NCBI GenBank assembly: GCA_965235115.1
Contig: OZ249436.1
Coordinates: 25,546,001 to 25,610,000 of the forward strand
Source: Laetmonice hystrix
Lineage: Eukaryota
DNA length: 64,000 bases
Direction: 5' to 3'
A model generated the notes under the pieces. That model saw only the letters and a list, made by a program, of their open reading frames with translations. It had not been told where the DNA came from and did no database searches. The position numbers and the translations under genes are program-made. Every line of letters begins with the position of its first letter. Within the stretch, counting starts at the first letter, position 1. Of this stretch, positions 50,166 to 64,000 are shown piece after piece.

Positions 50166-53100
50166 TAGTAATCCGATCCAAGCCTAATTACGTCATTGCT
50201 AGTTTCATAACCAAATCTCACAGAAAATACCCCACCCGGGCACATAACCTGAAAATATTCAACTTTTATCTCCAATGTATCCCTGTGCACCTAGTAGCAC
50301 CCAAGCGGGCCCAATTTTGACATTCCAACACAAATACCGCAAATACCCGCCTAATGGCACAAAAAACTTTCAACCCCGTTGCAAGTCACATTAGCTTGCT
50401 GCTTGCCGTAAAAAATGGTGCAGACCATTTCTAAAGTCACAGTACCCCACTCCCGGCCTAATATTACATTTCAGTATCCATATACGCTGCAAGCGGCAGG
50501 AACTCGAATACAGGCCTAAAAGTAACCCCAGTCTAGCAATATCATACTCCCATGCCATATACGAGCTTGTAATTATCTTTAATTAATGGGCTCCGCAGCA
50601 CCAACCCACTGCATTAACATTTGTTTAACAGCTTAACGCACCTTGTAAAATTTGTTCAAGTGCGTAAAAATGCGTGTCCACCTCCACATACTTTAAAAAT
50701 CACTATACCCACCCAGCGACATCCACTCTAATACACGCCTAAAAGGAACTTCACTGTCCCATTTGATTCTCCAGCACGTATAGGATGTTTCAAGTAACAT
50801 TCATCCACGGTCTGGCCCAATAACGTGCAACAAGGCATAGTAAGTCAATGCGAGCTCGCATGTCAAACCTAACCCGCCCCCCAGCACATGAGCTGAAAAT
50901 ATTCAAATAGCTTGAAAACTAGAATATAGCTTTGCTTAATACCATTATACCATCAACTCGCATTACAGGCCTAATACGAAGCTCCCAGCATAAAACGAGT
51001 TTCTAATTAATTTAAAGTTAACAAGATGCACTAATAATCGATTCCAAGCCTAATTAGGCCATTGCTAGTTGGATAACCAAATCTCATACAAAATACACCC
51101 TCCCGGCAGATGACCTGAGAATATTCAACTCTTATGTCCGATATATCCCTGTCCGCTTAGTAGCACCCAGCCGGGCCCTATTTTTGACATTGCAACACCA
51201 ATACAGCAAGTGCCCAGCTAACAGCACAAATAACAGGATTCAGGGCTTCCTACCACGTTACAAGTCACAATAGATTGCTGCCTGTCGTAAAAATATACCA
51301 GACCATTTTAAAAAGTCACAGAACCCCAATCCGGCCCTAATATGTCACTCCCAGTACGAATACACGCTGGAAGCACCATCAACTGAAATTCAGGCCTAGA
51401 ACCCACCTCTCTCTACCAATATCATGCACCTAGTCCGTATACGAGGTTGTAATTTACTTTAATTAACGGGCTGCGCCGCAGCAACCCACTCTGGTCTTTG
51501 CAATCTTTTTCAATATGCGTTAACATTTGTGACCAGCTCAACGCGCCTTGTAAAATTTTTCAAAGTGCGTAAAAGTGTGTGTCCACCCCGACACGCTTTC
51601 CAAACCACTATACCCACCGAGCGACATCCACTCAAATACAGGCTTCGACTGATCCTCACTGTGCCAATAATCCGCCACAAGGCGAATTCAGTCAATGCAA
51701 GCTGGAAAATCGAATGTCACACCTAATGCTTCCCCCCCCCAGCACGTTAACTGAAAATAATCAACTAGCTTGAAAACTAGAATATAGCTTTGTTTAGCTA
51801 ACAATCTACTCTCCCAGCGCCATCAACTCGCATACAGGCGTAAAAGCAAACGCACTGCCCCATATAATGCTCCCAGCCTAAAACGATGTTGCAATTAATT
51901 TAAAATTAACAAGATGCACTAGTAATCCGATCCAAGCCTAATTACGTCATTGCTAGTTTCATAACCAAATCTCACAGAAAATACCCCACCCGGGCACATA
52001 ACCTGAAAATATTCAACTTTTATCTCCAATGTATCCCTGTGCACCTAGTAGCACCCAAGCGGGCCCAATTTTGACATTCCAACACAAATACCGCAAATAC
52101 CCGCCTAATGGCACAAGAAACTTTCTACCCCGTTGCAAGTCACATTAGCTTGCTGCTTGTCGTAAAAAATGGTGCAGACCATTTCTAAAGTCACAGTACC
52201 CCACTCCCGGCCTAATATTACGTTTCAGTATCCATATACGCTGCAAGCGGCAGGAACTCGAATACAGGCCTAAAAGTAACCCCAGTCTAGCAATATCATA
52301 CTCCCATGCCATATACGAGCTTGTAATTATCTTTAATTAATGGGCTCCGCAGCACCAACCCACTGCATTAACATTTGTTTACCAGCTTAACGCACCTTGT
52401 AAAATTTTTTCAAGTGCGTAAAAATGCGTGTCCACCTCCACATACTTTAAAAATCACTATACCCACCCAGCGACATCCACTCTAATACACGCCTAAAAGG
52501 AACTTCACTGTCCCATTTGATTCTCCAGCCCGTATAGGATGTTTCAAGTAACATTCATCCACGGTCTGAGCCAATACCCTGCAACAAGGCAGAGTAAGTC
52601 AATGCGAGCTCGCATGTTAAACCTAACCCGCCCCCAGCACATGAGCTGAAAATATTCAAATAGCTTGAAAACTAGAATATAGCGTTGCTTAATACCATTA
52701 TACCGCATTACAGGCCTAATGCGAAGCTACCAGCCTAAAACGAGGTTCCAATTAATTTAAAATTAACAAGATGCACTAATAATCGACTCCAAGCCTAATT
52801 AGGCCATTGCTAGTTGGATAACCAAATCTCATACAAAATACACCCTCCCGGGAGATGACCTGAGAATATTCAACTCTTATGTCCGATATATCCCTGTCCG
52901 CTTAGTAGCACCCAGCCGGGCCCCCATTTTGACATTGCAACACCAATACAGCAAGTGCCCAGCTAACAGCACAAATAACAGGATTCAGGGCTTCCTACCA
53001 CGTTACAAGTCACAATTGATTGCTGCCTGTCGTAAAAATATACCAGCCATTTTTATAAGTCACAGAACCCCAATCCGGCCCTAATATGTCACTCCCAGTA

Positions 53101-56100
53101 CCAATAAACGCTGAAAGCACCATCAACTGAAATCCAGGCCTAGAACCCACCTCTCTCTACCAATATCATGCACCTAGTCCGTATACGAGGTTGTAATTTA
53201 CTTTAATCAACGGGCTGCGCCGCAGCAACCCACTCTGGTTTTTGCAATATTTTTCAATATGCATTAACATAAATGACCAGCTCAACGCGCCTTGTAAAAT
53301 TTTTCAAAGTGCGTAAAAGTGTGTGTCCACCCCTACACGCTTTCCAAACCACTATACCCACCGAGCGACATCCACTCAAATACAGGCTTCGACCGATTCT
53401 CACTGTGCCAATAATCCGCCACAAGGCAAATTCAGTCAATGCAAGCTGGAAAATCGAATGTCAAACCTAATACTCCCCCCCCCCAGCACATTAACTGAAA
53501 ATAATCAACTAGCTTGAAAACTAGAATATAGCTTTGTTTAGCTAACAATCTACTCTCCCAGCGCCATCAACTCGCATACAGGCGTAAAAGCAAACGCACT
53601 GCCCCATATAATGCTCCCAGCCTAAAACGATGTTGCAATTAATTTAAAATTAACAAGATGCACTAGTCATCCGATCCAAGCCTAATTACGTCATTGCTAG
53701 TTTCATAACCAAATCTCACAGAAAATACCCCACCCGGGCACATAACCTGAAAATATTCAACTTTTATCTCCAATGTATCCCTGTGCACCTAGTAGCACCC
53801 AAGCGAGCCCAATTTTGACATTCCAACACAAATACCGCAAATACCCGCCTAATGGCACAAAAAACTTTCTACCCCGTTGCAAGTCACATTAGCTTGCTGC
53901 TTGTCGTAAAAAATGGTGCAGACCATTTCTAAAGTCACAGTACCCCACTCCCGGCCTAATATTACGTTTCAGTATCCATATACGCTGCAAGCGGCAGGAA
54001 CTCGAATACAGGCCTAAAAGTAACCCCAGTCTAGCAATATCATACTCCCATGCCATATACGAGCTTGTAATTATCTTTAATTAATGGGCTCCGCAGCACC
54101 AACCCACTGCATTAACATTTTTTGTTTACCAGCTTAGCGCACCTTGTAAAATTTTTTCAAGTGCGTAAAAATGCGTGTCCACCTCCACATACTTTAAAAA
54201 TCACTATACCCACCCAGCGACATCCACTCTAATACACGCCTAAAAGGAACTTCACTGTCCCATTTGATTCTCCAGCACGTATAGGATGTTTCAATTAACA
54301 TTCATCCACGGTCTGGCCCAATAACGTGCAACAAGGCATAGTAAGTCAATGCGAGCTCGCATGTCAAACCTAACCCGCCCCCCAGCACATGAGCTAAAAA
54401 TATTCAAATAGCTTGAAAACTAGAATATAGCTTTGCTTAATACCATTATACCATCAACTCGCATTACAGGCCTAATGCGAAGCTCCCAGCCTAAAACGAG
54501 TTTCCAATTAATTTAGAGTTAACAAGATGCACTAATAATCGATTCCAAGCCTAATTAGGCCATTGCTAGTTGGATAACCAAATCTCATACAAAATACACC
54601 CTCCCGGCAGATGACCTGAGAATATTCAACTCTTATGTCCGATATATCCCTGTCCGCTTAGTAGCACCCAGCCGGGCCCCCATTTTGACATTGCAACACC
54701 AATACAGCAAGTGCCCAGCTAACAGCACAAATAACAGGATTCAGGGCTTCCTACCACGTTACAAGTCACAATAGATTGCTGCCTGTCGTAAAAATATACC
54801 AGACCATTTTAAAAAGTCACAGAACCCCAATCCGGCCCTAATATGTCACTCCCAGTACCAATACACGCTGGAAGCACCATCAACTGAAATTCAGGCCTAG
54901 AACCCACCTCTCTCTACCAATATCATGCACCTAATCCGTATACGAGGTTGTAATTTACTTTAATCAACGGGCTGTGCCGCAGCAACCCACTCTGGTCTTT
55001 GCAATCTTTTTCAATATGCGTTAACATTTGTGACCAGCTCAACGCGCCTTGTAAAATTTTTCAAAGTGCGTAAAAGTGTGTGTCCACCCCGACACGCTTT
55101 CCAAACCACTATACCCACCGAGCGACATCCACTCAAATACAGGCTTCGACCGATCCTCACTGTGCCAATAATCCGCCACAAGGCAAATTCAGTCAATGCA
55201 AGCTGGAAAATCGAATGTCAAACCTAATGCTCCCCCCCCCCCCCCAGCACGTTAACTGAAAATAATCAACTAGCTTGAAAACTAGAATATAGCTTTGTTT
55301 AGCTAACAATCTACTCTCCCAGCGCCATCAACTCGCATACAGGCGTAAAAGCAAACGCACTGCCCCATATAATGCTCCCAGCCTAAAACGATGTTGCAAT
55401 TAATTTAAAATTAACAAGATGCACTAGTAATCCGATCCAAGCCTAATTACGTCATTGCTAGTTTCATAACCAAATCTCACAGAAAATACCCCACCCGGGC
55501 ACATAACCTGAAAATATTCAACTTTTATCTCCAATGTATCCCTGTGCACCTAGTAGCACCCAAGCGGGCCCAATTTTGACATTCCAACACAAATACCGCA
55601 AATACCCGCCTAATGGCACAAAAAACTTTCTACCCCGTTGCAAGTCACATTAGCTTGCTGCTTGTCGTAAAAAATGGTGCAGACCATTTCTAAAGTCACA
55701 GTACCCCACTCCCGGCCTAATATTACGTTTCAGTATCCATATACGCTGCAAGCGGCAGGAACTCGAATACAGGCCTAAAAGTAACCCCAGTCTAGCAATA
55801 TCATACTCCCATGCCATATACGAGCTTGTAATTATCTTTAATTAATGGGCTCCGCAGCACCAACCCACTGCATTAACATTTGTTTACCAGCTTAACGCAC
55901 CTTGTAAAATTTGTTCAAGTGCGTAAAAATGCGTGTCCACCTCCACATACTTTAAAAATCACTATACCCACCCAGCGACATCCACTCTAATACACGCCTA
56001 AAAGGAACTTCACTGTCCCATTTGATTCTCCAGCACGTATAGGATGTTTCAAGTAACATTCATCCACGGTCTGGCCCAATAACGTGCAACAAGGCATAGT

Positions 56101-59100
56101 AAGTCAATGCGAGCTCGCATGTCAAACCTAACCTGCCCCCCAGCACATGAGCTGAAAATATTCAAATAGCTTGAAAACTAGAATATAGCTTTGCTTAATA
56201 CCATTATACCATCAACTCGCATTACAGGCCTAATGCGAAGCTCCCAGCCTAAAACGAGTTTCCAATTAATTTAGAGTTAACAAGATGCACTAATAATCGA
56301 TTCCAAGCCTAATTAGGCCATTGCTAGTTGGATAACCAAATCTCATACAAAATACACCCTCCCGGCAGATGACCTGAGAATATTCAACTCTTATGTCCGA
56401 TATATCCCTGTCCGCTTAGTAGCACCCAGCCGGGCCCCCATTTTGACATTGCAACACCAATACAGCAAGTGCCCAGCTAACAGCACAAATAACAGGATTC
56501 AGGGCTTCCTACCACGTTACAAGTCACAATAGATTGCTGCCTGTCGTAAAAATATACCAGACCATTTTAAAAAGTCACAGAACCCCAATCCGGCCCTAAT
56601 ATGTCACTCCCAGTACCAATACACGCTGGAAGCACCATCAACTGAAATTCAGGCCTAGAACCCACCTCTCTCTACCAATATCATGCACCTAGTCCGTATA
56701 CGAGGTTGTAATTTACTTTAATCAACGGGCTGTGCCGCAGCAACCCACTCTGGTCTTTGCAATCTTTTTCAATATGCGTTAACATTTGTGACCAGCTCAA
56801 CGCGCCTTGTAAAATTTTTCAAAGTGCGTAAAAGTGTGTGTCCACCCCGACACGCTTTCCAAACCACTATACCCACCGAGCGACATCCACTCAAATACAG
56901 GCTTCGACCGATCCTCACTGTGCCAATAATCCGCCACAAGGCAAATTCAGTCAATGCAAGCTGGAAAATCGAATGTCAAACCTAATGCTCCCCCCCCCCA
57001 GCACGTTAACTGAAAATAATCAACTAGCTTGAAAACTAGAATATAGCTTTGTTTAGCTAACAATCTACTCTCCCAGCGCCATCAACTCGCATACAGGCGT
57101 AAAAGCAAACGCACTGCCCCATATAATGCTCCCAGCCTAAAACGATGTTGCAATTAATTTAAAATTAACAAGATGCACTAGTAATCCGATCCAAGCCTAA
57201 TTACGTCATTGCTAGTTTCATAACCAAATCTCACAGAAAATACCCCACCCGGGCACATAACCTGAAAATATTCAACTTTTATCTCCAATGTATCCCTGTG
57301 CACCTAGTAGCACCCAAGCGGGCCCAATTTTGACATTCCAACACAAATACCGCAAATACCCGCCTAATGGCACAAAAAACGTTCTACCCCGTTGCAAGTC
57401 ACATTAGCTTGCTGCTTGTCGTAAAAAATGGTGCAGACCATTTCTAAAGTCACAGTACCCCACTCCCGGCCTAATATTACGTTTCAGTATCCATATACGC
57501 TGCAAGCGGCAGGAACTCGAATACAGGCCTAAAAGTAACCCCAGTCTAGCAATATCATACTCCCATGCCATATACCAGCTTGTAATTATCTTTAATTAAT
57601 GGGCTCCGCAGCACCAACCCACTGCATTAACATTTGTTTACCAGCTTAGCGCACCTTGTAAAATTTTTTCAAGTGCGTAAAAATGCGTGTCCACCTCCAC
57701 ATACTTTAAAAATCACTATACCCACCCAGCGACATCCACTCTAATACACGCCTAAAAGGAACTTCACTGTCCCATTTGATTCTCCAGCACGTATAGGATG
57801 TTTCAAGTAACATTCATCCACGGTCTGGCCCAATAACGTGCAACAAGGCATAGTAAGTCAATGCGAGCTCGCATGTCAAACCTAACCCGCCCCCCAGCAC
57901 ATGAGCTGAAAATATTCAAATAGCTTGAAAACTAGAATATAGCTTTGCTTAATACCATTATACCATCAACTCGCATTACAGGCCTAATGCGAAGCTCCCA
58001 GCCTAAAACGAGTTTCCAATTAATTTAAAGTTAACAAGATGCACTAATAATCGATTCCAAGCCTAATTAGGCCATTGCTAGTTGGATAACCAAATCTCAT
58101 ACAAAATACACCCTCCCGGCAGATGACCTGAGAATATTCAACTCTTATGTCCGATATATCCCTGTCCGCTTAGTAGCACCCAGCCGTGCCCCCATTTTGA
58201 CATTGAAACACCAATACAGCAAGTGCCCAGCTAACAGCACAAATAACAGGATTCAGGGCTTCCTACCACGTTACAAGTCACAATAGATTGCTGCCTGTCG
58301 TAAAAATATACCAGACCATTTTAAAAAGTCACAGAACCCCAATCCGGCCCTAATATGTCACTCCCAGTACCAATACACGCTGGAAGCACCATCAACTGAA
58401 ATTCACACCTAGAACCCACCTCTCTCTACCAATATCATGCACCTAGTCCGTATACGAGGTTGTAATTTACTTTAATCAACGGGCTGCGCCGCAGCAACCC
58501 ACTCTGGTCTTTGCAATCTTTTTCAATATGCGTTAACATTTGTGACCAGCTCAACGCGCCTTGTAAAATTTTTCAAAGTGCGTAAAAGTGTGTGTCCACC
58601 CCGACACGCTTTCCAAACCACTATACCCACCAAGCGACATCCACTCAAATACAGGCTTCGACCGATCCTCACTGTGCCAATAATCCGCCACAAGGCAAAT
58701 TCAGTCAATGCAAGCTGGAAAATCGAATGTCAAACCTAATGCTCCCGCCCCCAGCACGTTAACTGAAAATAATCAACTAGCTTGAAAACTAGAATATAGC
58801 TTTGTTTAGCTAACAATCTACTCTCCCAGCGCCATCAACTCGCATACAGGCGTAAAAGCAAACGCACTGCCCCATATAATGCTCCCAGCCTAAAACGATG
58901 TTGCAATTAATTTAAAATTAACAAGATGCACTAGTAATCCGATCCAAGCCTAATTACGTCATCGCTAGTTTCATAACCAAATCTCACAGAAAATACCCCA
59001 CCCGGGCACATAACCTGAAAATATTCAACTTTTATCTCCAATGTATCCCTGTGCACCTAGTAGCACCCAAGCGGGCCCAATTTTGACATTCCAACACAAA

Positions 59101-62100
59101 TACCGCAAATACCCGCCTAATGGCACAAAAAACTTTCTACCCCGTTGCAAGTCACATTAGCTTGCTGCTTGTCGTAAAAAATGGTGCAGACCATTTCTAA
59201 AGTCACAGTACCCCACTCCCGGCCTAATATTACGTTTCAGTATCCATATACGCTGCAAGCGGCAGGAACTCGAATACAGGCCTAAAAGTAACCCCAGTCT
59301 AGCAATATCATACTCCCATGCCATATACGAGCTTGTAATTATCTTTAATTAATGGGCTCCGCAGCACCAACCCACTGCATTAACATTTGTTTACCAGCTT
59401 AACGCACCTTGTAAAATTTGTTCAAGTGCGTAAAAATGCGTGTCCACCTCCACATACTTTAAAAATCACTATACCCACCCAGCGACATCCACTCTAATAC
59501 ACGCCTAAAAGGAACTTCACTGTCCCATTTGATTCTCCAGCACGTATAGGATGTTTCAAGTAACATTCATCCACGGTCTGGCCCAATAACGTGCAACAAG
59601 GCATAGTAAGTCAATGCGAGCTCGCATGTCAAACCTAACCCGCCCCCCAGCACATGAGCTGAAAATATTCAAATAGCTTGAAAACTAGAATATAGCTTTG
59701 CTTAATACCATTATACCATCAACTCGCATTACAGGCCTAATGCGAAGCTCCCAGCCTAAAACGAGTTTCCAATTAATTTAAAGTTAACAAGATGCACTAA
59801 TAATCGATTCCAAGCCTAATTAGGCCATTGCTAGTTGGATAACCAAATCTCATACAAAATACACCCTCCCGGCAGATGACCTGAGAATATTCAACTCTTA
59901 TGTCCGATATATCCCTGTCCGCTTAGTAGCACCCAGCCGGGCCCCCATTTTGACATTGCAACACCAATACAGCAAGTGCCCAGCTAACAGCACAAATAAC
60001 AGGATTCAGGGCTTCCTACCACGTTACAAGTCACAATAGATTGCTGCCTGTCGTAAAAATATACCAGACCATTTTAAAAAGTCACAGAACCCCAATCCGG
60101 CCCTAATATGTCACTCCCAGTACCAATAGACGCTGGAAGCACCATCAACTGAAATTACGGCCTAGAACCCACCTCTCTCTACCAATATCATGCACCTAGT
60201 CCGTATACGAGGTTGTAATTTACTTTAATCAACGAGCTGCGCCGCAGCAACCCACTCTGGTCTTTGCAATCTTTTTCAATATGCGTTAACATTTGTGACC
60301 AGCTCAACGCGCCTTGTAAAATTTTTCAAAGTGCGTAAAAGTGTGTGTCCACCCCGACACGCTTTCCAAACCACTATACCCACCGAGCGACATCCACTCA
60401 AATACAGGCTTCGACCGATCCTCACTGTGCCAATAATCCGCCACAAGGCAAATTCAGTCAATGCAAGCTGGAAAATCGAATGTCAAACCTAATACTCCCC
60501 CCCCCAGCACGTTAACTGAAAATAATCAACTAGCTTGAAAACTAGAATATAGCTTTGTTTAGCTAACAATCTACTCTCCCAGCGCCATCAACTCGCATAC
60601 AGGCGTAAAAGCAAACGCACTGCCCCATATAATGCTCCCAGCCTAAAACGATGTTGCAATTAATTTAAAATTAACAAGATGCACTAGTAATCCGATCCAA
60701 GCTTAATTACGTCATTGCTAGTTTCATAACCGAATCTCACAGAAAATACCCCACCCGGGCATATAACCTGAAAATATTCAACTTTTATCTCCAATGTATC
60801 CCTGTGCACCTAGTAGCACCCAAGCGGGCCCAATTTTGACATTCCAACACAAATACCGCAAATACCCGCCTAATGGCACAAAAAACGTTCTACCCCGTTG
60901 CAAGTCACATTAGCTTGCTGCTTGTCGTAAAAAAATGGTGCAGACCATTTCTAAAGTCACAGTACCCCACTCCCGGCCTAATATTACGTTTCAGTATCCA
61001 TATACGCTGCAAGCGGCAGGAACTCGAATACAGGCCTAAAAGTAACCCCAGTCTAGCAATATCATACTCCCATGCCATATACCAGCTTGTAATTATCTTT
61101 AATTAATGGGCTCCGCAGCACCAACCCACTGCATTAACATTTGTTTACCAGCTTAGCGCACCTTGTAAAATTTTTTCAAGTGCGTAAAAATGCGTGTCCA
61201 CCTCCACATACTTTAAAAATCACTATACCCACCCAGCGACATCCACTCTAATACACGCCTAAAAGGAACTTCACTGTCCCATTTGATTCTCCAGCACGTA
61301 TAGGATGTTTCAAGTAACATTCATCCACGGTCTGGCCCAATAACGTGCAACAAGGCATAGTAAGTCAATGCGAGCTCGCATGTCAAACCTAACCCGCCCC
61401 CCAGCACATGAGCTGAAAATATTCAAATAGCTTGAAAACTAGAATATAGCTTTGCTTAATACCATTATACCATCAACTCGCATTACAGGCCTAATGCGAA
61501 GCTCCCAGCCTAAAACGAGTTTCCAATTAATTTAAAGTTAACAAGATGCACTAATAATCGATTCCAAGCCTAATTAGGCCATTGCTAGTTGGATAACCAA
61601 ATCTCATACAAAATACACCCTCCCGGCAGATGACCTGAGAATATTCAACTCTTATGTCCGATATATCCCTGTCCGCTTAGTAGCACCCAGCCGTGCCCCC
61701 ATTTTGACATTGAAACACCAATACAGCAAGTGCCCAGCTAACAGCACAAATAACAGGATTCAGGGCTTCCTACCACGTTACAAGTCACAATAGATTGCTG
61801 CCTGTCGTAAAAATATACCAGACCATTTTAAAAAGTCACAGAACCCCAATCCGGCCCTAATATGTCACTCCCAGTACCAATACACGCTGGAAGCACCATC
61901 AACTGAAATTCACACCTAGAACCCACCTCTCTCTACCAATATCATGCACCTAGTCCGTATACGAGGTTGTAATTTACTTTAATCAACGGGCTGCGCCGCA
62001 GCAACCCACTCTGGTCTTTGCAATCTTTTTCAATATGCGTTAACATTTGTGACCAGCTCAACGCGCCTTGTAAAATTTTTCAAAGTGCGTAAAAGTGTGT

Positions 62101-64000
62101 GTCCACCCCGACACGCTTTCCAAACCACTATACCCACCGAGCGACATCCACTCAAATACAGGCTTCGACCGATCCTCACTGTGCCAATAATCCGCCACAA
62201 GGCAAATTCAGTCAATGCAAGCTGGAAAATCGAATGTCAAACCTAATGCTCCCGCCCCCAGCACGTTAACTGAAAATAATCAACTAGCTTGAAAACTAGA
62301 ATATAGCTTTGTTTAGCTAACAATCTACTCTCCCAGCGCCATCAACTCGCATACAGGCGTAAAAGCAAACGCACTGCCCCATATAATGCTCCCAGCCTAA
62401 AACGATGTTGCAATTAATTTAAAATTAACAAGATGCACTAGTAATCCGATCCAAGCCTAATTACGTCATTGCTAGTTTCATAACCAAATCTCACAGAAAA
62501 TACCCCACCCGGGCACATAACCTGAAAATATTCAACTTTTATCTCCAATGTATCCCTGTGCACCTAGTAGCACCCAAGCGGGCCCAATTTTGACATTCCA
62601 ACACAAATACCGCAAATACCCGCCTAATGGCACAAAAAACTTTCTACCCCGTTGCAAGTCACATTAGCTTGCTGCTTGCCGTAAAAAATGGTGCAGACCA
62701 TTTCTAAAGTCACAGTACCCCACTCCCGGCCTAATATTACGTTTCAGTATCCATATACGCTGCAAGCGGCAGGAACTCGAATACAGGCCTAAAAGTAACC
62801 CCTGTCTAGCAATATCATACTCCTATGCCATATACGAGCTTGTAATTATCTTTAATTAATGGGCTCCGCAGCACCAACCCACTGCATTAACATTTGTTTA
62901 CCAGCTTAACGCACCTTGTAAAATTTTTTCAAGTGCGTAAAAATGCGTGTCCACCTCCACATACTTTAAAAATCACTATACCCACCCAGCGACATCCACT
63001 CTAATACACGCCTAAAAGGAACTTCACTGTCCCATTTGATTCTCCAGCACGTATAGGATGTTTCAAGTAACATTCATCCACGGTCTGGCCCAATAACGTG
63101 CAACAAGGCATAGTAAGTCAATGCGAGCTCGCATGTCAAACCTAACCCGCCCCCCAGCACATGAGCTGAAAATATTCAAATAGCTTGAAAACTAGAATAT
63201 AGCTTTGCTTAATACCATTATACCATCAACTCGCATTACAGGCCTAATGCGAAGCTCCCAGCCTAAAACGAGTTTCCAATTAATTTAGAGTTAACAAGAT
63301 GCACTAATAATCGATTCCAAGCCTAATTAGGCCATTGCTAGTTGGATAACCAAATCTCATGGACTTCTCCAGCACGTATAGGATGTTTCAAGTAACATTC
63401 ATCCACGGTCTGGCCCAATAACGTGCAACAAGGCATAGTAAGTCAATGCGAGCTCGCATGTCAAACCTAACCCGCCCCCCAGCACATGAGCTGAAAATAT
63501 TCAAATAGCTTGAAAACTAGAATATAGCTTTGCTTAATACCATTATACCATCAACTCGCATTACAGGCCTAATGCGAAGGTCCCAGCCTAAAACGAGTTT
63601 CCAATTAATTTAAAGTTAACAAGATGCACTAATAATCGATTCCAAGCCTAATTAGGCCATTGCTAGTTGGATAACCAAATCTCATACAAAATACACCCTC
63701 CCGGCAGATGACCTGAGAATATTCAACTCTTATGTCCGATATATCCCTGTCCGCTTAGTAGCACCCAGCCGTGCCCCCATTTTGACATTGAAACACCAAT
63801 ACAGCAAGTGCCCAGCTAACAGCACAAATAACAGGATTCAGGGCTTCCTACCACGTTACAAGTCACAATAGATTGCTGCCTGTCGTAAAAATATACCAGA
63901 CCATTTTAAAAAGTCACAGAACCCCAATCCGGCCCTAATATGTCACTCCCAGTACCAATACACGCTGGAAGCACCATCAACTGAAATTCACACCTAGAAC
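50166..64000. repeat. Satellite array, ~1754-bp unit, segment 4 (runs off the window)
   Basis: In-phase continuation after the TA-flanked element; includes a 321-bp internal duplication at 63040-63685. Confidence 0.98.

Overview
This window is eukaryotic (probably animal) repetitive DNA with no recognisable protein-coding or RNA gene. About 43 kb is a head-to-tail satellite with a ~1754-bp unit, a dimer of two diverged monomers (A ~906 bp, B ~848 bp). It also shows traces of an older ~225-bp subunit and local ~3.5-kb duplications. Four insertions interrupt the array, and it resumes in phase after each. (1) 8510-14724 and (2) 30203-37565 are two non-coding elements with dissimilar interiors that share the split-direct-repeat layout A1-body-B1A2-spacer-B2 of PAT/Ngaro-type tyrosine-recombinase retrotransposons. 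Both have the B/A junction ...CTGCAT-AAA-..., and both sit at the homologous GCAC-AAA site of the satellite (one in monomer B, one in monomer A) with only the AAA core shared. They also share end motifs and a junction-spanning stem-loop. (3) 29336-29907 is a 572-bp TTAA-flanked Kolobok-like MITE. (4) 43518-50165 is a TA-flanked TIR element containing a Helentron/DINE-1-like (HINE) element, which holds a second HINE copy and a 207-bp MITE. The best candidate for a novel system is the pair of site-specific, satellite-targeting, non-autonomous split-direct-repeat elements. Superfamily names rest on structure only; no database search was possible.
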